Below are positions 14,109 through 25,900 of a DNA stretch of 64,000 nucleotides, in pieces (the first letter of the stretch is position 1; the number at the start of each line of letters is the position of its first letter). The DNA is from Nymphaea colorata (lineage: Eukaryota), in the NCBI RefSeq assembly GCF_008831285.2, contig NC_045138.2, positions 39,928,001 through 39,992,000 of the forward strand. Reading direction: 5' to 3'. The notes under the pieces are model-generated. The model saw nothing but the letters and a program-made list of their open reading frames with translations, did no database searches and was not told the origin of the DNA. The position numbers were made by a program, and so were the translations under genes.

Positions 14109-14244
14109 CATTTTCATAGTCGCCGGTTGCAGCAGCCATCGTTGCAATTCTTCCTCCCAAGCAGATTAGCAACACATACATGAAGAGAAGGTTAATGCTC
14201 GAGATAGTCTTGGGCTGGGCCATTGTTGCACATGAAGAAGCCAT
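12128..14244 (-). CDS. Glucan endo-1,3-beta-glucosidase (GH17, PR-2-like). Exon 1 ~14244-14109 (signal peptide), exon 2 ~13086-12128
   Basis: HVGVCYGLLGNNLPSP...VRLYDP...YITVGNE (acid/base Glu)...NVYPYF...YRNLFDAMVDS...IVVSESGWPSGG (nucleophile Glu)...YIFALFNENQK...ENHFGLFYP...PVYPIDFS*. Exon 1 is hydrophobic and followed by a phase-1 intron, as usual for PR-2 genes. No X8 domain or C-terminal extension. Confidence 0.95.
13140..13660. mobile_element. Degenerate MITE remnants in the glucanase intron (includes poly-T 13314-13348)
   Basis: TCCGCCCCT end at ~13388-13396 and GGCTCTGCC at ~13650, with AT-rich interiors like the other GGGGCGGA-type MITEs in the window. Confidence 0.4.
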
Positions 14245-14496
14245 ATTCAATTATTTGCCCTTTGAGAATCAATCCCAATGCAACCCTGCGGGGGAAAAAC
14301 CACAAATATTTTGATTAGAATACATGAAGGAATCCAAACAAAGTATACAAAGAACTGCATAGCAGAAAAAACCAAAAATTAATCCTCTACAGGAAGAAGG
14401 CAACAACCTACAAAAATTAATCCTCTATAGCGACTTCCAAAGGATACAGTGACCCCTACGAAACTCCGTTTCAACAACAGAAGGTGCTACAAACAT

Positions 14497-14605
14497 ATAT
14501 TTATAAGAGACTTTTTTAAAAAAAATATATAATTTTTAACGCTTTTGAAGCGCTTTGACTAGCGAGGGAAGTCAACTTACCTTCTGACGTTGGATTTGAT
14601 TGACT
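14497..14605 (-). promoter_or_regulatory. Glucanase proximal promoter: TATA-like box, three W-boxes and a TGACG motif
   Basis: Minus-strand TATAAATA at ~14498-14505; TTGACT at 14555-14560, AGTCAA at 14570-14575, TGACG at 14585-14589, TTGACT at 14600-14605. Confidence 0.6.
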
Positions 14606-15745
14606 CCAAAGGTGGTGACAGCAGCAAATAAGAATGTGGCATTCGGTAAATGCTTCTTAAATTTAGGCAAGGAAGCAGCAAACATCCGAAGATGTCCTTA
14701 AATTCCGGCGATGATGCAACAAATAAAAACCAAACAATGTAGAGATGCCCAAATATGCCCCCACTGCTTTTTGCACTTGCCACCTTTATTTCATCTGATT
14801 CTTCTTTTTGAACATTCGCTCTTCCTGCTCGATCAAGAGAGATTCAATATCAAATTTCATATCAAATTGTATATGTCACTGCAACAATTATAATTGTGTA
14901 ACGCTAACATCTAGGGGAAAAGTTATTGTTACTACTGACAAGATATATGATATTTAGCTAAACCGTTGCCCTGTAAATGCAGTTGTGAATGTTGATGAAA
15001 ATGGTGATAATAAATGATATGGTAGACAAAAAGGCATGCGAAGCATGCAGTTGCTATTGAAATTGTTTTCCAGCAGGAGAGCATAGTATGTCTAATGCGT
15101 ATGATTTATGAAGAAAAGAAAGTTTTATGGTATTTGTGTGCATGCAGAACGGAGCAGTGGAAAGTGTTCGTCGGGAGGACGCTCATGATGTTTAGAAAGC
15201 AAAGAAAAGTGTTCCAGTGGATCTATGCATGCATAGGCAAGTTTGATAAGTGCAAGGATCTTCCTGGAGGAGAGAAAAAAAATTACAATAAATGTGAACT
15301 TATACCAACAGTCATCATGCACGTGAGGATCGATCCTCTTTACATGTACAAACCTGAGGACACAGTGTTCCAATGAGTTTGATGCTCCACGTCTAGTTGA
15401 GATCATGGTGCACAAATAACCTGAGCAACAATCAATACTAACAAATGGAAGGAAATGCCACCAATTTAATTATCGATGGAACTGTCTTCACAATGTTGAC
15501 GTTTGTTGCAAACTTTTCCTCACTGTGTTCACTGTCAACTCTTCTTCTTGACTGCATTCACCGAAAAGTCTTCTTCATTGCTAATGATCTACTTCTTTCT
15601 TCCTCTCATTGTTGATGATGCTCTCTACTGATATGCTCGAATAAGGTTACCAGAAAACCGAAGGCAAGAGGTCACAATGATTCAAATTCAACAAGTTGTA
15701 GAAGGATGGTTCCACTGGGGGCGTGATCATCCTTGAGAAGAAGGC

Positions 15746-15880
<135 letters not shown>

Positions 15881-16539
15881 CCTGTGAAGGTGTAGGGCTT
15901 GTGGGGCCCATTTGGAGGACCCACCAAATGGGCACAAGGCATTAATGGAAGGCCGCTTCGAATTAAGTTCACTCAGAAGGACGTTTGTGTTGAAACTCTG
16001 TTGCCTTAATTCCGATGCTTCGAAAATTAGTGGTCAACCATTTCTTTCAAAAGGCTTTTGTGTCATTTTATAAAGGAGTTTTTTTTTCTTTTTTTTGGTC
16101 AAGGTAATTTTTTTCACCTTTTTATGTGTAATCTGACTTTGTAGGGGGACCGACTTGTTTTTGTCATCAGGGTCATTTTAGTCTTTTAGTTCCCTTAATT
16201 CATTGGATTCTAACGCGTAAAGAATGAGAAATATAGGTCAAGGGTCAGCTGACGACCAAAAGCACGCCAAACTGCAACGTCGAGGGTTTACGTAAGAGAA
16301 TGAAGAAGCAGCCGATCGGAATTTTTCCCTAATGTCCAAATTAATTTTGAAGTTTCTCTTATGTTTTAATTATTTACGTTCCTATTTCAGCTGTTTGTTT
16401 TAGAAAAAAAAGTATATTAAGTGTTGAATGAACCTATACACTAAATAGAAAGCATGCCAATTTCGAGTGAACTAAGTTCACCCACCCACCACCCAACAGA
16501 GAGCCGAAGTTTCTACCGAACCCTTCATTCTTATAAAAT

Positions 16540-17600
16540 ACCTCGTAATTCAACTCAATTCTAAATGTTTACAATGGTGAACAGTATCTGAAAACACAAG
16601 ATATCAAAGCAATTTTTTTAAAAATATATTTAAATTATTCTTTTTAAATCACATAACCATCATATTTTCAAAAGAATAATATAATATATTGTTTGTGAGT
16701 ATTGGCTGACTCTGCCCATTAACTTTTTTTCAGTTGGGGAGCTTGCTCCAAAATCAGCCCATAATTACCTAGATAGAAAGTTGGCCAACTCAATTCAACT
16801 TTAGATGTTATTAAAGCTGGGGGTGGATATAAAACATATAAGTGAAAGTCATTCACTTTTTTTTTTTTTAATTTTTTTTTGGAGTTTTCCTTATATTTTA
16901 GTTGCTCATACGTATGTTTTAGTTACTATTCAAATACAATAATGTAATTTCGAGCATTTTTTAGCCGTTGAATCAGCCAGTAGACTAAGTAGAAAACTAG
17001 CCAATTTGATTCAACTTCGGATGGGTTGCAACGGCTGTGGTAACTGCAAACATATAAGTGAAAGCGATTCGCTTTTTTACTAAATAAGAATTTGAAGGCT
17101 TGAAGTTTTTCTTACAATTTAATCAATTATTTATAAGCATATTGCAGTTGTTTCTCGAACATATTATAATAGCAATATTAAATCGATCCATTCCACTCAC
17201 TTTTAGAACTATTATAAAAGTTACATATGGATCACAATTTAGAAACTTTGTTGCGTTCATTTACCATAGATACGAGACCAATGGTGATATGGATTTAAGG
17301 TTGGACCTTCCCCTATTCGACCTTAAACCACTTGAACGTAGCATGGATTTGAAATGCATGTTATCCAGATCCCGTATATGGGGGTTCTTACGTGACATAG
17401 CTTTTAAACCAGTCTTGGATCTCGTATGAGGCTACCAAGTATCGCCTTAAAAGGCTCATTCACTCAAAAGAAAGCCAACCAATTCAATTGAATTTTGGAT
17501 TATAGCAGTAATAGTGGACGGTGTATAAACATGCATATAAGTGACAGCTATTTTTTTTCTTATTATTTTCTAATGCTTTTGAAGTTTTCTTGTACTTTAG
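16540..17600 (+). repeat. Degenerate tandem array of 3-4 units
   Basis: A recurring CCAA.T.AATTCAACTT...CATATAAGTGA.AG...TTTT...GAAGTTTT.CTT block starts near 16785, 17000 and 17475, with a weaker copy near 16550. Confidence 0.6.
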
Positions 17601-17639
17601 CTGTATTTATATCTCTGCTAAACTCTTCAGCCCTCAAGG

Positions 17640-18120
17640 CAAAAAACCTTCACTGATGCAAAAAAAAAAAAATTATACTTAAAACATTGTCGCTAAAACC
17701 TTCACTGACGTTTTTCAACATGTCGTTCAATTGGGGTAACATTAGTGATGTTTAGGCGTCAGCAAATCCAATCCATGAGTTTCAGAAGAGCGAGCGATTT
17801 ACTGACCTTTGCATACGTCACATCAAGGGCGGAAGGAGGGGGGCCGCCTGGGCCGTGGCCCAGGAGAGCGCAAGAAAAAAAAATTACATTGAAAAAATCA
17901 AATTTTTTTAGTTTGGCCCGACCCATCGCTTCTCTTGGCCCTACCCGTCGCTCCTCTTGGCCCGACCCATGGATTTGTTTGGCCTGCCCCTAAAAAAAAT
18001 CCTAGCTCTGCCCCTCCGTCACATGATTATTGTGCGAGCTTATCACTGATGTTTCTTTGCGTCGACAAACATTTATAGTGGCATCATTTGCGCCTCATTA
18101 AATGTTATTTTTACTGACCT
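17640..18120. mobile_element. Array of short ACTGA(C/T)G-type repeats resembling the subterminal repeats of a degenerate CACTA-like element
   Basis: AAAACCTTCACTGATG, AAAACCTTCACTGACG, TTACTGACCT and ATCACTGATG recur. A similar array lies at 45550-45980. No intact CACTA terminus was found. Confidence 0.4.
17824..18016. mobile_element. hAT-type MITE (~193 bp) nested in the CACTA-like repeats
   Basis: Perfect 8-bp TSD CGTCACAT (17816-17823 and 18017-18024); TIRs CAAGGGCGGA...TCTGCCCCTC. Confidence 0.85.
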
Positions 18121-18506
18121 CTACCTAGCTTCTTTCGGTAATTTTTTGAAATTATGTTGTTACTTAATTTTAGTATTAGATACATACAAAAAAATATCAA
18201 ATTGGTAACTGTAGACATTAATACACCATAAAAAGTAAAGAAAGAGGTGATCAACAAGTTCTTCCATAATGCAGTGTCCATGCACCTGCGACCAAGGAAA
18301 TTATGAACGCCTGCAATATAAACACAGGTTTATATTAGCTGGGCAGCTAATTTTACCATTAATCAAAGAGTAAATAAAGCATTTTCGATCGTCATATCTA
18401 ATGATCATTCATGATTCAATGATTTCAAGAAGCGGTGCAACTTTCGCAAGATATTAAAGATGTCATTTCATTTGAATACATAATAAAAATATAAATGATC
18501 ACATAC

Positions 18507-18676
18507 CTCGCAGGTTGGATCAAACATGTTCTTCAGCAACATGCATTCAGATTCAGCTGCAGAGAAAGTCACACCAGAGGTTTGCAAACTTGACTGCTCT
18601 TGAAAAGGAATGGTTGAAGGTTGCTCTGGAGTGATGCCATTGAACAAGGAAGCTCCAAGTGAAGCCACAATACCAT
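18507..18676 (-). pseudogene. Isolated exon fragment of an RBM39/CC1-like splicing factor (start of the C-terminal UHM/RRM3)
   Basis: Translation ...GVTFSAAESECMLLKNMFDPTCE followed by a GTATGT donor matches the PSECLLLKNMFDP motif of RBM39-family proteins. No other RBM39 exons were recognised nearby. Confidence 0.7.
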
Positions 18677-19539
18677 AACAGATGCACAATATTTTAATGG
18701 TTAGAAAATCAAAACGAAAAGAATACACAAAAAAATGTGGTGCTAGCCTAAGAACAAACCTTCTAAGCCCACAAACCACCACAAGATAGATATAATAAAG
18801 TAAGTAATTTGTAAATAGTAGAATTGATCAAGAGTGATGGCCTTCTCACAGCAAAATCTCTCTTTCTTTTGCCTCAATCTTCACCAAACAGTCAGAGAAG
18901 GACAAGAAAAAAGCTCCAAACAAGAAATAGAAGCTTTCTCTCTCTCAATCTCTCATCTTCTCTCTCTAACAATATCTCTTGTTGTTTCAATTCAGTGGAG
19001 ATTCTCCTCGAAAGGAACTCACAAAAAGGGAAGAAACCTCAAAAGCTCTAGAATGACCAAAACCGAGAGGCTTTCCTCTTCTTTCTCTCTTTTGTTTGAA
19101 ACTTTTCAAAAACAGTCGACAAAATTTTGGGTATGGGCTTCTTTTCAATGCTTCCAACTTGAAGTACGTAGGCCTTATCATTCTTTTGACTTGGATTTGG
19201 ATCCTCTACATGGAGGTGATCCAGCCCAACCAGGGGCGCAGCCAAGGTAGGGGTTTGGCTCCACTTCAAATTTTTTTTTTTCAAAAAATTTATGTTTAAA
19301 TTTTAAAAAATTTTACTTATTTTATATAAAAATTTTAAAAAATGATATTTCGTCAAAATTTAAAACGAATCAGGTTCATTAACAATTCAGGAATTTGGAT
19401 CTTCACCGGCATTTAAGAAATGGCGGAAATAGCCTTTTTTTAAATACCCCACCCTTCGCTTGATGTGTGCCGATCACCGCCTTGATGCACTGTCATTTAA
19501 CAAGCCCTACCGACCCTTTTGAAAATTTCACGATAGTTT

Positions 19540-19870
19540 TAAGAAAAGCAAATACTAGTGGACCTATACAATGAGGTTATAAATTTATCCAGATATTTTC
19601 CAGTTAATTATTAGGTTGATGGTCCGATATTGTTAGTCCTGTCTAATAATGCAATATGTTTCAGAGTATCGCCTCCCGAAGCATAGTCAATTCGCCGGCA
19701 GTCTGGTATCTTTGCAAGTTCTTATTTTTCTTGATAAGATATGATTATTGCAACTCAAATTTGAAGGCCATCAAGAACCAGAAAATTTTAATTTTCAACA
19801 TAGTAAAAGCTTATGTATATTTAGATAAGATTTGCTTATTGCAAGATAAATTTGAAGGCCGTCAAAAAAA
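19540..19870 (+). repeat. Direct repeat, copy 2 (see 10620-11250)
   Basis: Same ordered blocks as 10620-11250. Confidence 0.85.
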
Positions 19871-20039
19871 AAAAAAAAAAAAAATTCATAGGAGAACAAT
19901 TTTGTATGGTTCCATCACATTGGATCCCTCTGTTCCATTTCTGTTTAAGCAGCGCTTTGCTGGGCTTGTCAGCGCAAGTAAGCCTTTGAATCCCGAACTG
20001 AATCTCATATTTCAACATGTAAACTAACATATCACTAAT

Positions 20040-21030
20040 AATTAAAGATGTCGATAAATTGGATTTGAATCAGATATACCTCCGCTTTTTCAAATATTCA
20101 CATCTTCGGATTCTAATACGAATAAAGAAAAGTCATATCCAATGAATCTGAAATCCGATTTCACAATTTATTCATATCCAAATCCAAATTTTGAATCGAA
20201 TTTTGCCAATTTTCAAAATGTAAAAGCATTAGATAGAGCATATTTATGTATATTTGAATCAGTATCCAAACAGATGTCATTCTCTTTTTCTAATGTTTGG
20301 TCATTTTATTTGAATTTGGCTCAGTAAAATGGATGTACAATTCCAAAACATCAATGATTCAATCAGAATGGACATATCCGAGTACTCACTTTTAAGTTCA
20401 ACAAATGTCTGAAATATGAGTTTTTAATAAAATTTTCCACTTCAAAAGGGAATGAAAGTCAAATCTCTGTAGTGGTCAAATGTCAGGGCATAGTTGAATT
20501 AAGCAATGGTGTCGTGATGGCCAATTATAAAAATATTTTTGACAAATAGATGAAAAAATATATAACACTAATTAAAAATAAGAAAATCTTTAAAATTTCC
20601 TTAAAAAGTCTTTTCTTAATTGGCCACTGAATTGAATTGGTTTTCTACCTATTTGATTTGATCAAGCACCCAGTTCAAGCCAAATGGATCATGAGGAGTC
20701 TGACTTAATATCTAAGGATGCTAATGGATCCAATTTGGATTCAACATTCAACCGAACCATATCAAGAAAATCAGATATAAAGAAAAGTTTGATGCCTAAT
20801 GGAAAAGATTTAGATGGAATAAATGATATTCAACTGGATTCAGATTTAAGTGAATATTTCATCGGATACAGTTTTCGATAAATATCTTGTACTCAATGTC
20901 TATAATGTGGTTGGGATTCAGTTTAAAATCCAGGTTCAAATTCAGATGAATCTAAAAGCCGAATTCAGATTATGAATTCGGTTTTTGGATCCGGATATGT
21001 TAAAAGAATTCCTCGCTGAGGCATCTGAAA
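20040..21030. mobile_element. Two degenerate hAT-like relics rich in ATCC(G/A)/(C/T)GGAT repeats (~20040-20400, ~20700-21030)
   Basis: Dense GGAT/ATCC/TCAGAT motifs typical of decayed subterminal repeats. TIRs could not be resolved. Confidence 0.5.
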
Positions 21031-22047
21031 TCCGCTATTTATTTAATAAGTGGATCTCTCTCTCATATCAACTTCTTATAGTGGTCTTAAGGTGATGCAG
21101 GATGAGCTGGAAGAGATTGGCACCACACTACCCTTACCTTACGGGGCCCCCACTCAGGTTAGCGTTTGACGGCAAGTAAATATTTAACAAAAAAAAGGTC
21201 TTCCTTACAACAGAGGATATTTCAGGAGAAACAAGTTTGGAAACTTTTGGAGTTGTTCAATAGATTTTGAAGTCTTTTTGGAGTCATCAACTGCACTTCC
21301 AAAATTTTTTCTTGAATGCTGATGACACCTTTTAATGTCTAGTCTCTGGCATCTTCTTTGAATGTTTATTAAACCTTTTTCAAGTTTTATTTTGTTTTAG
21401 GATTAATCATCAATTGAAAGGATTCTCGATTTCTAACAAGGATTTTTTTTTTTTAAAAAAAATCTCATGTTTTCTAGATCTGTAAACATTAAATCTGAAA
21501 GTCTATTTATGGTTCTCAAGTTAAAGGATCTCAAATCAAACCCTTCTCTCCTCTGACTTGAGATCCATAAATTCAAGGCTTAGTGCATGATGACATTAAT
21601 TAATCTGTGTTTCTTTAATCCATAGTTTTGTTGGAACCATGGATTAAGGTGGGCGCCCTTGCTAGCTTGTAACCAGAGCAGAGATGAGTTTGTATTTCTT
21701 CCGTTCAACTGCCTTTTTGCCTCTATATTTGTAATTCAGACAGCTAATTTAAAAGGTGGTTTTGTCAGCCTTTCAAATATTGAGCCCGTTTTCCATGACT
21801 AACAACATTAAGTCAATGAAAGGTTAGCTGTTCATCTGAATCATGGTCTCCGAAGAACCTCAATTTCAATTCTCTCTCTCTCTTTCTCCTCCTCCACCTT
21901 CTTCTTCTTCTTCTTTTATAGCTATTGAATCCCTTGAACTTTGTTTGTCAGGAGAAAGTGGTCTGGTTAATGGAGTTCTGGTGCACGGGCTACTGAAGGC
22001 GTTAGCACAAAGTGGGTGGTGGCAACAACAGCTGACCAGAGAATAAG

Positions 22048-22619
22048 ATGATGGACGCAGAACCCGTGATCTTCTTCTTCCTCCTCCTTTTCTTCCTTCC
22101 CTCCATTTCCTCCCAAAGTCCACCTGCCAGGTTGCCTCCTAGCGAGGGTACGCCTCTTAAGCTTTCTCTCTCCCTCTCTTCTTCTTCTTCGAATCCCTGA
22201 ACTCTTTTCGTCGTCGTTGTTTCGTTTGTCGTCGAGGTTTTCCAAGGAAACGGAGACGGACACTCTGGTTTCTGCTTGGTTGTCACGCACGCTATATTGA
22301 TGGACGGGACTTGCATTCTGCGATCGTCGTCCGGACCATCGGTCCTTTCTTCTTCTTTTCTCTCTCTCTTGATTCGATTTTGTGCATCATCATCTTGTCA
22401 CTACTTCTCTCTCTTATATAAACTCGGAATGAGATCAACCAGTCTCGCCTCGTTCTCCTTTTTCTTTTTCATTACTCTGCCGACGACAGTTATACTGATT
22501 ACGCAAAGATACATAAATTAAAAAAAGCTTCAAGGATGATATATGTACGACCCCCGTTACTCTCATCTCCTTACGCGAGCACGTAATCATAATCATTGGC
22601 TGAGTGACAGCACCCTTTT

Positions 22620-22673
<54 letters not shown>

Positions 22674-22877
22674 TCTCACCATTGGAAGCACCTAACTTTT
22701 GAAGCGCAGTGGCTGCGCTCCAGCGATTTGCAGACATCTTGGGGAAGAAAGACTGGGACTTGAATGATCCGTGCAGAGGCGACAACGGAATTACTTGCTA
22801 CTGCAACGGTACCATCTGTCACGTGACAAGCATGTATCTCTCTCTCTCTCCCTTCTTTTAATTGATATCTACTAAGT

Positions 22878-22914
<37 letters not shown>

Positions 22915-25900
22915 ATCTTTTTCCTTGTTGGTGCTAATGTTAGGCTTACATGAATGCAACCAGAGTTCTGAAAGGGCAAGGGCTGCCTGGAACACTACCG
23001 AGAGATCTGTCAGGATTGCCATATCTTGGGGAACTGTAACTTCTTTCTCTTCAACACCAAAATTTTTCCCTTTGATTCCCGGGCTTGTATTGAATGATCC
23101 GGAAAGTTTCTTAAGTGTTTAACTACAATTCTGCTTCTGCTGCCTTGTTTTGGCATTTCGAACATCAGGGATCTTACTCGCAATTACCTCTACGGATCGA
23201 TACCTCCAGAGTGGGGCAAACTGAGACTTGTTAATGTGTAAGTAATGGAGTAATTGTTTCTTATATTTATTTCAAGATGTAGTTCGTTCTCAACAGTGCC
23301 TTTACTTATATCTGATTAAACATCTCTTGTTGCATGCTCTCATTAATGTATATCTTGGTAAGTATATCGACAAAAGATGAAATTAGTTTCATTAATGTAT
23401 ATCTTGGTAAGTATATCGACAAAAAATGGAATTAGTTTCATAAAAATGATACTTGAAACTAAAAACAAAAAAGGCTTGTTTCGCACTGAAAAAAATTATA
23501 ATAAGACACCTAACTTTTAGACAAATAATAATGCTGCTCAACTTTTTAAAAGTTAATAAACAAGCGGCGCTCAACTTTTGATGGAAATTCTCATTGAACT
23601 AACTGTATCTACGTTAATATTTAATATAAGATGGCAAAAGTTCCTGTAAAGACTCGCTTCTCTCCTGGCTGATAAAATTAGACATTTAAGAGAGAGAGAT
23701 TAGTCAATTTACATAAAAAATTAGATATATAAGCCTTTCTTTGGCTCCTTCGATTTACATGCACGAATTAACCTTATGGGGAGTGAATCTTCTTCCACCA
23801 CATTATATTAGGTCGCTCATGTCAAACCGCCTGTCAGGGCCCATCCCGAAAGAGCTAGGAGACATGATCACTCTTAAGAATATGTAAGTTTCCTCTCTTT
23901 TTTCTTTTTTTCCTGTTGGCCGCCCTAGAGTATTAATTTACCACTTTAACTGATCTTATGCGAATAAACTGCAGAACGCTTGAAGATAACGAGTTTTCAG
24001 GGCCACTTCCCCCAGAAATTGGAAATCTGAAAAATCTTGTGAGACTGTAAGAGATCTAGTTCCATAGTCAAACTGTGCTAGCCTTCTTCTTTTCTTGCTT
24101 AGTTAATTTGCTGACGTTGGTTTGTATTCAATTTGAGCAGAATCCTCTCCTCAAATTACTTCACAGGACCATTACCAGCTACAATGAAAGAGCTAACGAA
24201 CATGACGGACTTGTAATAATCAACTTTCCTTTGTTTTTCCAATTTTCTTTTATGGAACATGTATAGTTAATTCACATAAAACTAATGCCACAGATTACCA
24301 TGTTTTAATGTGCTCTGTTTGTTGAAGCACACACTAGGTTTTGCATATTTATTTGAGACATGCAATAACTTTTCATCATATTATTAGAAATTATTGCAAC
24401 TTTATTCCTTCACCTTTTTTAAGTACCAAGCACTGAACACCCACCCAGTATCTAAAGCCTTTTCATCTGTTGTGCAGTAGAATAAGTGATAATGGGTTTT
24501 CTGGGAAACTACCCGAATTCATCTTCACTTGGACTTCGCTCACAAGATTGTAAGTTGGTCCCTGATGCCACGTGAATCTCGTATATATCGAATACTAATG
24601 TTAACTAATTGATTATGGTTTTTGGCTTTCTGGTAGGCAAATTCAAGGAACAAGTTTGACAGGTCCCATTCCTTCTAACATTGGTGCACTGGAAAATCTA
24701 ACCCAATTGTATGCCTCTTTATCTGCTCTTTGCTGCTTTACTGTCCTTAATTAGGCTCTTATCCTTTGCGGTATGTCACCATGCTCTGTTTGATTGTAGG
24801 ATAATGAGTGATATAAAAGGGACGGGATCCAGTTTCCCAGATATAAGTCAACTAATGAACCTAACGATACTGTAAGTTGTATGAGCATAACTTTCTTGCT
24901 ATGTATATGTTGAATCTATAGATATTTTGTTCGCGGGAAAGAAAGAACTGACCTTCATTTGGTGAATGCTGTTGTAGAATACTAAGATCGTGTAACATTT
25001 CTGGGGAGATTCCTGATTATATTGGTCAAATAAAGAATCTGAAGACGTTGTAAGTCATCGTGTTGTTTAAAAAAGAAGAGAGAATTTTTTATTTGGTCTG
25101 TTTTTTCGATTAATAATACATACCCTGTGCTATTCGTGCTTCCTTTCTCTCGACAGAGACCTAAGCTTCAATAACTTATATGGAGGGATTCCAAACTCTC
25201 TGAATGACCACAAAAAACTACAGCAACTGTGAGAATATCCTCACTCCAGCAAACAGTTCATTTGACAATCTTGGCTTCAGTAAAATGGATGCATGACCGT
25301 GTTACTTCTTTTCCATTAGGTTCCTAACAAGCAACTATCTATCTGGCAGCATTCCAGAATGGATCATGACGCAGAACCTGAACAGGCAAGTTTATGTTGA
25401 ACAATTCTTTATAAATCCCTTCCGAGGAAAAGAGCAATTCGTTTGTAGCTTCTCTCTCTCCACACACAGATATATATATATATATATATAGAATGTGTTG
25501 TCTGCATTAGTTACTGCTGCTATACTGTTTTTAGGTATATTAACTGTCGCTAAAAAGTACTGCTAAACATATTTTTCTCATAAAAATGCAAAATACTTGC
25601 ACTCACTACTCAAATTTTAGAAATATCACCAACGGAAGAATTTCTACCCCCATTTGCTATTTCAACTACATAACGTGTGGTAATTCTCAGAACTGTCAGT
25701 ATATATTAACAGTAACTACTGTTATTGTGAGAAACATGTGGCGTTGATCACTTAAGGCCAGTATTTCATAATGCTAGAATTCGTTGATGCGCATAACTCC
25801 TTGCTTAAGTTGAGTCTATTAGTATAGGATTACCTCATGTTGGCTGATTATGCGCCCAAGGGATTTTACCATTTCTTGCCGGTAGATCTTGCTTTGCAGT

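Noticed and set aside
15095..15415. ORFs following an acceptor-like TGCAG at ~15147
   Set aside because: No identifiable protein similarity by eye.
19550..19560. CTAG as a Helitron 3' end for the RBM39 fragment
   Set aside because: No GC-rich hairpin precedes it, and it lies inside the direct repeat shared with 10620.
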